Positions 8,362 through 17,738 of a DNA stretch of 57,171 nucleotides are shown one piece after another; positions within the stretch are counted from its first letter, which is position 1, and each line of letters begins with the position of its first letter. Position numbers and translations under genes: made by a program. The notes below the pieces were generated by a model that ran no database searches, was not told the DNA's origin, and saw only the letters and a program-made list of their open reading frames with translations. This DNA comes from an uncultured Clostridia bacterium (GTDB lineage Bacteria > Bacillota_I > Bacilli_A > RF39 > UBA660): contig CANRVH010000004.1 of assembly GCA_947643225.1 (NCBI GenBank), positions 1 through 57,171 on the forward strand, written 5' to 3'.

Positions 8362-9982
8362 AATAAGGCAAATTGAAGTTCCTATTGATAGTGAACAAGA
8401 AAAAATGATCAGGAAAAAATGTAGTAAGATTTTGAGGGTTAGAGAAGATGAGATTGTCGGTTTAAAAATTAATAAAAAATCTCTTGATGCTCGAAAAAAG
8501 CCTTTTTTGTATTATGTTTATGAGGTTGATGTTTCTGTAGTTAGAGAGGAGAAAATTCTTTCTAAAACTAGAAATCGTGATGTTTTTCAAATGCCAGAAG
8601 AGGTCTATCATTTTCCTAATCAAGGAGAGGAAAGGTTAAATTTTAGACCAGTTATTGTTGGTGCAGGTCCTGCTGGACTCTTTTGTGGTTATATGCTTGC
8701 TACTTATGGATATCAACCTCTTATTCTTGAAAGGGGTGAAAAAGTAGAGGATAGAATCAAAACAGTAGAAGAGTTTTGGCAAAGTGGTAAATTAGATTTT
8801 TCATCAAATGTTCAATTTGGGGAAGGAGGAGCGGGAACTTTTTCTGATGGAAAGTTAACTACATTAGTTAAGGATCCTTTTTATAGACAAAAGAAAGTAT
8901 TGGAAATTTTTGTAGAGTGCGGAGCTCCTCAAGAAATTTTATATGAGAGTAAGCCTCATATTGGAACGGATTTATTGAGAAATATTATTATTAATATGAG
9001 AAATAAAATTATTTCTATGGGCGGAGAATTTCGGTATCATAGTTTGCTTACTGACCTTGTTATACGAGATAATCAAATTAAGCAGATTAAGATTAATAAT
9101 CAAGAAATGATCGATGTAGATGTTCTAGTATTAGCTTTAGGTCATAGTGCTAGAGATACATTCGAAATGCTTTCTAAAACTGAGATAGTCATGAGAGCGA
9201 AACCTTTTGCAGTTGGAGTTAGAATTGAGCATCCGCAATCTATGATTAATGAAAATCAATATGGAATGGAAAATAGTAAAATTTTACCACCTGCTAGTTA
9301 TAAACTAACTTATCATACAAAGGATAATAGGGGAGTGTATACTTTTTGTATGTGTCCTGGTGGATTTGTTGTAAATTCTTCATCTGAGGTTGGTTATTTA
9401 GCAATTAATGGAATGAGTAACTATAGGCGAGATACCGAAAATGCTAATAGTGCAATTATTGTTACTATTTCACCTAAAGATTTTGGAGAAAATCCATTAG
9501 ATGGTTTGAATTTTCAAAGAAATTTAGAGAAAAAGGCTTATCTTTTAGGTAAAGGAAAGATTCCTATTCAAACTTATGGAGATTTTAAATGTGACCAGAA
9601 GTCTATTTCTTTTGGTGATGTAAGGCCTATAATGAAAGGAAATTATATTTTTAGTAATCTTTGGGAGATTTTTCCTAATTATATTACTAAATCTTTAATT
9701 GAAGCCATTGAATATTTTGATACAAAAATTAAGGGATTTGGGAGAAGTGATGCTATATTGTCTGCTGTTGAAAGTAGAACTTCTTCTCCTATTAAAATAG
9801 AAAGAAATAATTTGGGGGTTAGTGCTATTTTAGGTGTTTATCCAACAGGTGAAGGTGCAGGATATGCTGGTGGTATCACTTCATCTGCAATGGATGGGAT
9901 TTTTCAAGCAGAAAATATTGCGAAAAAATATCAAAATTTTGATTTTGTGGAGGAAACAAATGTTGAAAAGATTGAAAGATAA
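8354..9982 (+). CDS. FAD-dependent dehydrogenase (COG2509-type)
   Basis: The ORF track gives 8333. ATG 8354 (MLRIRQIEV..) is the likely start and overlaps the upstream stop by 8 nt. Motifs: VIVGAGPAGLF, GGAGTFSDGKL, CMCPGG.VV, YP.GEGAGYAGGI.SSA.DG. Confidence 0.75.
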   Translation: MLRIRQIEVPIDSEQEKMIRKKCSKILRVREDEIVGLKINKKSLDARKKPFLYYVYEVDVSVVREEKILSKTRNRDVFQMPEEVYHFPNQGEERLNFRPVIVGAGPAGLFCGYMLATYGYQPLILERGEKVEDRIKTVEEFWQSGKLDFSSNVQFGEGGAGTFSDGKLTTLVKDPFYRQKKVLEIFVECGAPQEILYESKPHIGTDLLRNIIINMRNKIISMGGEFRYHSLLTDLVIRDNQIKQIKINNQEMIDVDVLVLALGHSARDTFEMLSKTEIVMRAKPFAVGVRIEHPQSMINENQYGMENSKILPPASYKLTYHTKDNRGVYTFCMCPGGFVVNSSSEVGYLAINGMSNYRRDTENANSAIIVTISPKDFGENPLDGLNFQRNLEKKAYLLGKGKIPIQTYGDFKCDQKSISFGDVRPIMKGNYIFSNLWEIFPNYITKSLIEAIEYFDTKIKGFGRSDAILSAVESRTSSPIKIERNNLGVSAILGVYPTGEGAGYAGGITSSAMDGIFQAENIAKKYQNFDFVEETNVEKIER

Positions 9983-10601
9983 TTGGCAGTGGGCTGTAGT
10001 CCTTTTTTCTTTATTCATTGTTATAGATTTTATAATAAAAATTTTAGGTGGAGAAATTCTACAATTAGATCGTTTTTTTCATCATCTAATTGTAGAAAAT
10101 TTAAGAAGTGATTTTTTAACTCCAGTGATGAAGTTTATTACCATACTTGGTGGTAGTTATGTTGTTATAGGAATAGCAGTTCTTTCCTTTTTGATTCTTT
10201 CTAATAAAAGATGGAGTTTTTTGATTAGTCTTAATCTTGTTTTTGTTTTTTTACTTAGTCAAGGTTTAAAATTTTTGATTCAAAGAGAAAGACCTTTTGG
10301 ATATCATTTGGTTATAGAAAAAGGTTTTAGCTTTCCTTCAGGGCACTCTATGGTATCAGCCGCCTTTTATGGTTTTATTATTTATTTGATTAGTCAAAAT
10401 TGTAAAAGTAAAAAAGTTAGGATTTGTTCTGTTGTTTTGGTTATTATTTTCATTTTACTCATTGGAATTAGTAGAGTTTATTTAGGGGTTCATTATATGA
10501 GTGATGTGATAGCAGGGTTCTTTCTTTCGGCTTTTTATTTAACTTTATATATTAAGGTGATTAATCAATATATAGATGGGAGAAAAAGGAATGAAAAATA
10601 A
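9960..10601 (+). CDS. PAP2-family lipid phosphate phosphatase
   Basis: The tripartite PAP2 signature is present: KFLIQRERP / PSGHS / SRVYLGVHYMSD. The ORF-track start 9834 lies inside the previous gene, so ATG 9960 (MLKRLKDNWQW + TM) is preferred. Confidence 0.8.
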   Translation: MLKRLKDNWQWAVVLFSLFIVIDFIIKILGGEILQLDRFFHHLIVENLRSDFLTPVMKFITILGGSYVVIGIAVLSFLILSNKRWSFLISLNLVFVFLLSQGLKFLIQRERPFGYHLVIEKGFSFPSGHSMVSAAFYGFIIYLISQNCKSKKVRICSVVLVIIFILLIGISRVYLGVHYMSDVIAGFFLSAFYLTLYIKVINQYIDGRKRNEK

Positions 10602-10962
10602 AAATATGATTATTAGTTTTCAACATGCTTTTAGTGGAATAATTTGGGTAATTCAATCTGAGAGAAATATGAAAATTCATTTTTTAATTATGTTTATGGT
10701 TATTTTTTTTGGATGTTTTTTGCATATTCATTTATCAGAGTGGATTATATGTATTATTTTATTTGGATTAGTTATTGCTGCAGAGTGTTTTAATACTTCT
10801 ATTGAAAGGATAGTAGATCTTTGTAGTCCTAATCAAAATCAGTTGGCTAAGATAGCAAAAGATACTTCAGCAGGGGCAGTTCTTATTTTTGCTATAATAT
10901 CTGTTATTATAGGATTAATAATATTTTTACCTAAAATCATAAAAATACTATGTTCTTTTTAA
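10591..10962 (+). CDS. dgkA: Diacylglycerol/undecaprenol kinase family (DgkA)
   Basis: 3-TM protein of about 120 aa with F.HA..G.......ERN.+IH and AE.(F)NT(S)IE..VDL......AK..KD.(S)AGAVL. The start is ambiguous (10576 or 10591). Confidence 0.8.
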   Translation: MKNKNMIISFQHAFSGIIWVIQSERNMKIHFLIMFMVIFFGCFLHIHLSEWIICIILFGLVIAAECFNTSIERIVDLCSPNQNQLAKIAKDTSAGAVLIFAIISVIIGLIIFLPKIIKILCSF

Positions 10963-11123
10963 AACAGAAAAATATGTAGAAAAAGGTCTAAAACTTACAA
11001 ATTATAGATTTTTGTTGAAAAAGATGGAATTTCATTTTATAATAATGCCTTAAAAAGGGAAAAAATTGATATTTGATAGACAATCATGTTTTATCTGTTT
11101 ATAATGAAAATGTGGAGGAAATA

Positions 11124-13100
11124 ATGAAAAATATGTTATTAAATATTTATAATATTCAACAACTTTTAGAAGCTAAATTGGTAAAGAAAGAGATGAGAGG
11201 TGTTCTATCTTCATCTAGAAAAAGAAAAAAATTGTTAGAATTTTATAAAGATTTAAAGATGAGCCATAATCATTCGTGGTATGAAGAAGTATATGAAAGA
11301 AATAAGCATAATTTAGAAAAAGTTGCTTTGTTTTATAGAGGAAATAAAATTACTTACGACCAATTATTCGAAAGGGTTGAAGAGGTAGCAAAGTCACTAA
11401 AGTATTTTGGAGTTTTAAAAGGGGATGAGCTCCCTGTTTGTATGTCTAATACTCCAGAGTTGATCTATGTTTTATTAGCTGCTAGTAAGATAGGTGCTAA
11501 ATTAAATATTTTTGGCGCAGATTATGATCAGGATTATATTAAAAGTATTATCAATAGTACTCATTCTGACATATTAATTGCAACGGATGATCAATATAGT
11601 AAGATTAAGGATTTGGTAAAGGATACTAATGTTAAGAAAAAAATTATTTCTTCTCTTGCTGATTCTGTTCAATATGATCAATTCAATTATTGGATGATGG
11701 ATGATCCATTATTTACTTATCGAAGTAAAGTACAGGATTATCAAGATGAGGATTCTACTGTAATGAATTTTATCGAATTTGTTCAAAGTGGAAAAAATTA
11801 TAAAGGCATGACCTTAGAAAAAGGAAAATTGAATGATGAATTTCTTATTACTTATACAAGTGGATCTACTCAAACTACTTGTCCTAAAGCTATTGTTCAT
11901 CGAAATAGGAGTCTTATTGCTATGGCAATGTCACATGATACTAGGTATTCTGCTCTTCCTTCAATGAAGGGAATTAGTGGTTTGGCATATATTCCTCCTC
12001 ATTCTAATACAGGTATTATTAGTAGTGTTTCAGATGTGTTATGTCAATGTGGTATAGTTGCTTTAGAACCAATTTATTGTAAATTTTTCTTTTTAACGTC
12101 ATTAATTATTAATCAGGTTAATATGGCACTTGCTACTAGGAGTCATTATATACAAGCAATAAAAGATAGTCAGAATAAAGAAAAATATCCGAATGGGGTT
12201 GAGTTAAGAGAGTTGTACGTTGCAACCTCAGTAGGGGAACCAACTTCTAAAAATGAACTTAGATTTATTGACCAAGGACTTGCTAGGATGAAAGCTGGAC
12301 TTAATCATTTACCTAGACCATTAGGACCAGCTAGACTTTCTACAGGTGGGGGTGATTGTGAGCATGGAGGACTTTATTTTCAATTATTCCAATCTTTACG
12401 GGATAAATTTAGTATTTGTGGAGATGCTGGAATGAAGCCATTTTTACTTGCTAAACCAATTGTTTTGAAAGCTGATGGATCAATTTGTAAACCAAATGAA
12501 TTAGGTAGATTGGCAGCTGATTCAATTTGTACAATGAAGGGTTACAATAATAATAGACAAGCTACGGAAGAATTCTATATTAAAGATAAGTATGGCAGAA
12601 AACATGGTGATCAAAAAGTGTGGGCTTATCTTGATAAGGGAAATTCTGTTCATATGAAGGGTAGAATGGGAAATGAGTTAATAGTTGCAAATGAAATTAT
12701 ACCAACATTCGAGGTTGCAGATGTAATTTTGAAAGATATTAAAAATATATTATCTTGTGAGGTGGTAAATGTAACAGATAATACAGGCCAGGATACTTTA
12801 GTTGCTCATATTGAATTACAACCTGATAGTGCAAAATTAGAAGAAGTATTAAAGAATGCTTATATAAGGCTTCAAGGTTCTTTTTCTTTAGAGGTTATTA
12901 GTAGAGTTTTATTTAGAGTCAGAAGCAATCAAGAATCATTTCCTCTAACTGGTTGTGGTAAGAGAAATGTTCCTGCTTTAGAGGCAGAAGGGGTATCTTG
13001 CCAATGTTTAATTCCAAAAGTAGATAATGATTGTATATCTTTTTCAAAATATTTGGAAAATAACCAGATAGAAAAAACAAAACGGTTCGTTAAGTCTTAG
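11124..13100 (+). CDS. AMP-dependent (adenylate-forming) synthetase/ligase, acyl-CoA-synthetase-like
   Basis: ATG 11124 follows GGAGG, while the track start 11073 has no SD. The core motif YTSGSTQTTCPKAIVH corresponds to A3 TSGSTGxPKG, and a C-terminal PLTGCGKR corresponds to the A10 Lys. Confidence 0.7.
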   Translation: MKNMLLNIYNIQQLLEAKLVKKEMRGVLSSSRKRKKLLEFYKDLKMSHNHSWYEEVYERNKHNLEKVALFYRGNKITYDQLFERVEEVAKSLKYFGVLKGDELPVCMSNTPELIYVLLAASKIGAKLNIFGADYDQDYIKSIINSTHSDILIATDDQYSKIKDLVKDTNVKKKIISSLADSVQYDQFNYWMMDDPLFTYRSKVQDYQDEDSTVMNFIEFVQSGKNYKGMTLEKGKLNDEFLITYTSGSTQTTCPKAIVHRNRSLIAMAMSHDTRYSALPSMKGISGLAYIPPHSNTGIISSVSDVLCQCGIVALEPIYCKFFFLTSLIINQVNMALATRSHYIQAIKDSQNKEKYPNGVELRELYVATSVGEPTSKNELRFIDQGLARMKAGLNHLPRPLGPARLSTGGGDCEHGGLYFQLFQSLRDKFSICGDAGMKPFLLAKPIVLKADGSICKPNELGRLAADSICTMKGYNNNRQATEEFYIKDKYGRKHGDQKVWAYLDKGNSVHMKGRMGNELIVANEIIPTFEVADVILKDIKNILSCEVVNVTDNTGQDTLVAHIELQPDSAKLEEVLKNAYIRLQGSFSLEVISRVLFRVRSNQESFPLTGCGKRNVPALEAEGVSCQCLIPKVDNDCISFSKYLENNQIEKTKRFVKS

Positions 13101-13107
13101 AAAAGTG

Positions 13108-13180
13108 CATGTCATATGACATGTATTTTATTATGGAAAGCATCAGTTTTCCATAATAAAATCATCTGCTATGCAGGTGA
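13108..13180 (+). other. Three consecutive hairpins downstream of the ligase gene
   Basis: The first is the perfect palindrome CATGTCATATGACATG (13108-13123). The second is a 14-15-bp perfect stem, TTTTATTATGGAAA (13126-13139) paired with TTTCCATAATAAAA (13148-13161). The third is TCATCTGC/GCAGGTGA (13162-13180). No canonical U-tract follows, so this may be an atypical terminator or another structured element. Confidence 0.4.
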
Positions 13181-13283
13181 GAAATCTAAAAAGCAAAAGC
13201 ATTCAGTAAAAATATAAAATCAAATATAGATGAGAGCCAATTATCTCATACTAAATATGATTATCAATATCATATTGTTTTCA

Positions 13284-13313
13284 TTTACATTAATATGAAA
13301 TTAGTGTTATAAT
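13284..13313 (+). promoter_or_regulatory. Candidate promoter TTTACA-18 nt-TGtTATAAT
   Basis: TTTACA lies at 13284-13289 and an extended -10 TGTTATAAT at 13305-13313, about 30 nt before the kinase start. Confidence 0.45.
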
Positions 13314-13344
13314 TTAAATAGATATAATAGGAGTGAGTGGTTTT

Positions 13345-15204
13345 ATGATTTTGAGTTCTTTATATTTGCCAACTTGTTGTCTGTTTTTTAGTATTTTGCT
13401 TAATATTGTATTTTTTTCTAAGCAAAGAATTACTAGTTATGAAACAAAATTATATAAAATACTAATCGTTTCTAATCTGATTTCTCTTATAATGGAGTTT
13501 ATTTGTACTTATTTTTCTTATCATTATACATTTTTTGTTAGTGATTTTGTTATTAAAACTTATTTAATGATATTGCTGTTATGGATTACTACCTTTACGA
13601 TTTATATTAATAATATATCCAAAATTTCTAAGTTGGAAGAAAAAAAGTTTAACTATTTGAAAAGAATTTGGGTATATCTTTTATTTTATAGTATTGTTAT
13701 TATTATTATTATTATATTACCCATTAAATATAGGATTACCCAATATGGAGCAAATGCTTATGGAATGAGTGTAGATGTGATATATGTAGTTAGTTTAATT
13801 TATGCAATTACATGGTTATTTTCTTTGTTTAAAAATATTAGAAATATTCGTAATAAAAGATATTTGCCATTGTATATTTATTCTGTTCTTAGTTTTATTA
13901 TTGCCTATATGCAAAGACTATATCCAGGATTGTTATTAATCACACCAGTAGAAACATTTGTTACATTTTTAATGTATTTTACAATTGAAAATCCTGATTT
14001 ACAGATGATTAGTGAACTTAATATTGCAAAGGGCGAGGCAGATAGAGCGAATAAGGCAAAAACTGAATTTCTTGCTAATATGTCTCATGAGATCAGAACC
14101 CCTCTTAATGCGATAACTGGTTTTAGTCAGGCGTTATCTGAAGAAGAAGGAATGCCTGATAGCGCTAAAGAGGATATTCGAGATATTATTTCTGCTTCTA
14201 ATAGTCTTTTAGAAATCGTTAATGGAGTTTTAGATATTTCTAAAATTGAGGCAAATAAAATAGAAGTTGTCAATAAGGTTTATTCGCCTAGTGAAATTTT
14301 TCGGGATTTACAATCGTTGACTAAAGTAAGAATTGGTAATAAACCAATTGAGTTTCGTACTTATATTGATTCGACAATTCCTAAAAGGTTATATGGTGAT
14401 CAGGGAAGAATCAAACAAATTATTTTGAATTTGCTGACTAATGCTGCTAAGTATACTGAAGAAGGATATATTGATTTTAAAGTTAGTTCCTTGGTTAAGG
14501 ATGATGTATGTAGGTTTATTATTTCAGTTGAGGATACAGGTAAGGGAATTAAATCTGAACAAATTGATCGTTTATTTAATAAGTTTGATCGATTAGATGA
14601 AGAGGAAAATATTACAATTGAGGGAACAGGCCTTGGACTTGCAATTACTAAAAAATTATTGGAATTGATGAATGGTGAAATAACTGTTCAGAGTGTTTAT
14701 GGAAAAGGATCTAAATTTACTGCTTATATTGATCAAAAAATAGTAAGAGAAGAAAATACTGATATTGATCAATCAGAAAAATTAGAGGTCTTGACAGAAA
14801 CTAGTAATCCTGTTTATGATTATACTAACCGAAAGATATTAGTAGTAGATGATAATAAACTCAATTTGAAAGTTGCACAAAAGTTGCTTAGTAAGTATTG
14901 TGTTCAAGTAATTCCTGTTCAAAGTGGTTTTGAATGTATTGATAAAATTAATTTAAAGGAAGAGTTTGATTTAATTTTATTAGATGATATGATGCCTAAG
15001 ATGAATGGAAAAGAGACCCTAAAAAAATTAAGGGAAATAGAGAATTTTAATATTCCTGTTGTTGCTTTAACTGCTAATGCTTTATCAGGGATGCGAGAAG
15101 AATACTTGAATCAGGGATTTGATGATTATTTGGCAAAACCGATTGAAAAGGTAGAATTAGAAAAAGTTTTGGAGACTTTTTTAGGAGGGAATAATAAAAT
15201 ATGA
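13345..15204 (+). CDS. Hybrid sensor histidine kinase (multi-TM sensor, HisKA, HATPase_c, REC)
   Basis: ATG 13345 follows AGGAG. There are about 7 TM helices, then the H-box [18 protein letters not shown] boxes ([28 protein letters not shown]) and a C-terminal receiver (ILVVDDN...[11 protein letters not shown]...ALTANA). Confidence 0.9.
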   Translation: MILSSLYLPTCCLFFSILLNIVFFSKQRITSYETKLYKILIVSNLISLIMEFICTYFSYHYTFFVSDFVIKTYLMILLLWITTFTIYINNISKISKLEEKKFNYLKRIWVYLLFYSIVIIIIIILPIKYRITQYGANAYGMSVDVIYVVSLIYAITWLFSLFKNIRNIRNKRYLPLYIYSVLSFIIAYMQRLYPGLLLITPVETFVTFLMYFTIENPDLQMISELNIAKGEADRANKAKTEFLANMSHEIRTPLNAITGFSQALSEEEGMPDSAKEDIRDIISASNSLLEIVNGVLDISKIEANKIEVVNKVYSPSEIFRDLQSLTKVRIGNKPIEFRTYIDSTIPKRLYGDQGRIKQIILNLLTNAAKYTEEGYIDFKVSSLVKDDVCRFIISVEDTGKGIKSEQIDRLFNKFDRLDEEENITIEGTGLGLAITKKLLELMNGEITVQSVYGKGSKFTAYIDQKIVREENTDIDQSEKLEVLTETSNPVYDYTNRKILVVDDNKLNLKVAQKLLSKYCVQVIPVQSGFECIDKINLKEEFDLILLDDMMPKMNGKETLKKLREIENFNIPVVALTANALSGMREEYLNQGFDDYLAKPIEKVELEKVLETFLGGNNKI

Positions 15205-15953
15205 AAGATAGGAACTTTTTAATTCAAAATGGGGTAAATATTGAGAAAAGTTTAGAATTATTTGGTGATATGGAAACCTATAATGAAACCTTAAAAGATT
15301 TTGTTACAGAGATTACTACTAAGAAAAGTAATTTGGAAAAATATAAGGAAATATCTGATATGGCTAATTATGCTATTTATGCTCATTCAGTTAAAAGTGA
15401 TTCTAAATATTTTGGTTTTGATCATTTAGCTGAGCTTGCTTTAAATCATGAAATGGCCGGCAAACAAAACAATATGTATTATGTTTCTGAACATTTTCCT
15501 GAATTTATATCAGAGCTTGATCGAGTTTTAAATATTGTTAGAGAATATATGGGAATGGATGTTGTTAAGGAGGAGATTAAAAGTATAGATGGAAATAAGG
15601 CTACCATACTAGTAGTAGATGATTCGGCAGTAATTAAAAGATTTATTCAAACTGTTTTTCATCAAAAATATCAAGTTTTGGAGGCTACAGATGGAAATGA
15701 AGCAATTCAGATTATTCGTAGTGGCAAGTATAATATTAGTGCAATGCTTCTTGATTTAAATATGCCTAATGTTAATGGACTTCAAGTACTTGAATATTTT
15801 AGGCAGAATAATTTATTTCATCAGATTCCAACAACAGTAATTACTGGTGTTGGTGCAGATGAGATTCTTTTAGAGGTAAAGAAGTATGATATTAGAAAAA
15901 TTATATTGAAACCATTTAATGAAAGGGATATTAGAGGTGCTGTAGAGGTATAA
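15201..15953 (+). CDS. Hpt-REC phosphotransfer/response-regulator protein without an output domain
   Basis: The start overlaps the kinase stop (ATGA). The N-terminal Hpt motif is [13 protein letters not shown]. The C-terminal receiver is [10 protein letters not shown]...[11 protein letters not shown]...KPF. There is no DNA-binding or enzymatic domain. Confidence 0.8.
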   Translation: MKDRNFLIQNGVNIEKSLELFGDMETYNETLKDFVTEITTKKSNLEKYKEISDMANYAIYAHSVKSDSKYFGFDHLAELALNHEMAGKQNNMYYVSEHFPEFISELDRVLNIVREYMGMDVVKEEIKSIDGNKATILVVDDSAVIKRFIQTVFHQKYQVLEATDGNEAIQIIRSGKYNISAMLLDLNMPNVNGLQVLEYFRQNNLFHQIPTTVITGVGADEILLEVKKYDIRKIILKPFNERDIRGAVEV

Positions 15954-15977
15954 AAGAATAATATAGAGGTGATAGAA

Positions 15978-16403
15978 ATGAAAAAAATTAATTTAAATCA
16001 AAATACAAAGGTGATTGTTGCAGTTTTAGTTGTTCTTTTGGCAATCGTTTTTGGGTTTGTAGCTACTAAGATTATGAAGGGAAATAATCGTAATGATGTA
16101 GCAACGATTTCTAAGAAGTTAATTGAAGATAAGAAGTATGGAAACTTAACTTTTTCTGATATAGAAGTAATTGAAGAAAAAGAGTTAAATCATATAGCAA
16201 TTAATGTTATTAATCACTCTAATGAGGCTTTTAAACAAGAGTATGTTAACGTTGTATTTAGAAAGGAAAATAATGAGGTGATTGATACTATGGGGGTTGT
16301 TATACCAGATACTGAGGCGAATGGAAATTCAAGAATTGATATGGTAGTAGATAAGAAAGTATTAAAGTCTTATACTTTTACAATTGAAAAGAGTAAAGAG
16401 TAA
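15978..16403 (+). CDS. Small N-terminally anchored extracytoplasmic protein, unknown function
   Basis: ATG 15978 follows AGAGG. One TM helix (VIVAVLVVLLAIVFGFVA) is followed by a beta-rich domain of about 110 aa. Confidence 0.55.
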   Translation: MKKINLNQNTKVIVAVLVVLLAIVFGFVATKIMKGNNRNDVATISKKLIEDKKYGNLTFSDIEVIEEKELNHIAINVINHSNEAFKQEYVNVVFRKENNEVIDTMGVVIPDTEANGNSRIDMVVDKKVLKSYTFTIEKSKE

Positions 16404-16455
16404 ATAGAAGCATTTTGTTATGGTTCTATTTTTTTCAAATATGGATTTGAAAATG

Positions 16456-16484
16456 TTGCAAAAGAGATAAAATGATGATAAGAT
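16456..16484 (+). promoter_or_regulatory. Candidate promoter TTGCAA-17 nt-TAAGAT
   Basis: TTGCAA lies at 16456-16461 and TAAGAT at 16479-16484, 27 nt before ATG 16512. Confidence 0.35.
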
Positions 16485-16511
16485 TTAAATAGAAAATAGA
16501 GAGGTGTAAGT

Positions 16512-17684
16512 ATGACCAATAAAGATATGCGAATAAATCTATTTGTAATTGTACCATTACTATTAACAGTTATTTTAATTGGAGGAGGGATAACTTATGC
16601 CCTTTTTACTAAAACGGTTAATACTGATAAAGAGATTATAGTCGGTACAGGAACAAAGTATATTGGAATATATGGGGAGGGAAAGAATGATATCCAACTT
16701 GGAAAAAGGTATACTTTTACTGTTGAAAACAGGGGAGTTGTTAGTTCAGGGTATGAACTTTATTTGGAGCATGATGGTAGTAATACAATTTCTCCAGTAG
16801 ATATTATCTGTAATATAACTTCTACTTCTTCATCTATTGCATCTCCAAATATTCAAGTAACAGCAGATAAAACAACTTTAGTAGTAGGAGATTTGGTAGC
16901 AGGAGAAAAGGATACGATTACAATAGAACTTACAGGAGATACTAGTTTAATTTATAGGGGAAAAATAAAACTTAGATATGTAGATTATCGTACTCCGGAT
17001 TCACCTAAAAATAGAAATATAGTAGCAATATATACTTATAATGATGTGGAAGGATCAGATAATTATTGTGTATCAGGTGATGAGGCTACATGCCAATATT
17101 CAAAGTGTTATAAAGAAGAGTCTGAGGGTAGTTGCCCTGCTGGAACAATTGTAAAATATAAAGTAAATAGTACCACAACTAAAGATTTTCATGTATTATT
17201 TGATCGAGGAAATGTGTTGGTTATGCAGACTCGAACAGCAGTTTTAAATATGATAAAATGGAATGAGAATAATGTTAATAGTGAAGGACCTATAACCATT
17301 TTGGCTGCTTTAGAAAATGCAACTGAAAATTGGAATAATGTACATGATCTTACTTATACATTAGGTGGTGCTTCATTAACAGGGGATACGATGTATACAG
17401 GGTGTAATAATAATTTAAAGTGTGAAACAAATACTTATACTCTTTCAGAAAGAACAGCAAAGGCGAGATTACTTACATTACAAGAAGCAACTAGTTTTGG
17501 ATGTGGATGGAGTAATAATTCTTGTCCAAAATACTTAACACCAGCAAGTGGATCTTATTGGACCTCTTCTAGTTACTCATCGAATGAAAAGGATGCTTTT
17601 TTGGTTTATAGTTCAGGGTTTGTTAGTCGTATTGGTTCTGCTCAACAAAGTGGTACTTTTGCAGTAGTAGAAATTTCAAAATAA
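16512..17684 (+). CDS. Secreted/anchored two-module protein: TasA/camelysin-like N-domain plus Cys-rich lectin-like (DUF1566/Lcl-C-like) C-domain
   Basis: GAGAGG SD. The signal/anchor ends in GGGITYALFTKT, close to the Bacillus TasA/CalY pattern GGGT(W/F)A.F.D. Strand motifs YTFTVENRG and YELYLEHDG are shared with the ORFs at 19034, 19638 and 24365. The C-terminal 225 aa are paralogous to 32064-32738 and end in ARLLTLQEA...YWTSS...A(F)...(x)..VV, like DUF1566. Confidence 0.55.
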   Translation: MTNKDMRINLFVIVPLLLTVILIGGGITYALFTKTVNTDKEIIVGTGTKYIGIYGEGKNDIQLGKRYTFTVENRGVVSSGYELYLEHDGSNTISPVDIICNITSTSSSIASPNIQVTADKTTLVVGDLVAGEKDTITIELTGDTSLIYRGKIKLRYVDYRTPDSPKNRNIVAIYTYNDVEGSDNYCVSGDEATCQYSKCYKEESEGSCPAGTIVKYKVNSTTTKDFHVLFDRGNVLVMQTRTAVLNMIKWNENNVNSEGPITILAALENATENWNNVHDLTYTLGGASLTGDTMYTGCNNNLKCETNTYTLSERTAKARLLTLQEATSFGCGWSNNSCPKYLTPASGSYWTSSSYSSNEKDAFLVYSSGFVSRIGSAQQSGTFAVVEISK

Positions 17685-17699
17685 TAATTTTAAATTAAA

Positions 17700-17738
17700 A
17701 GAGTTATGACTGTATTATATGTCATAGCTCTTTTTTTG
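17700..17738. terminator. Bidirectional terminator between convergent genes
   Basis: AGAGTTATGAC (17700-17710) pairs with GTCATAGCTCT (17721-17731) with one G-U, followed by T7. The stop codon of the minus-strand gene (17715-17717) sits in the loop. Confidence 0.7.
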
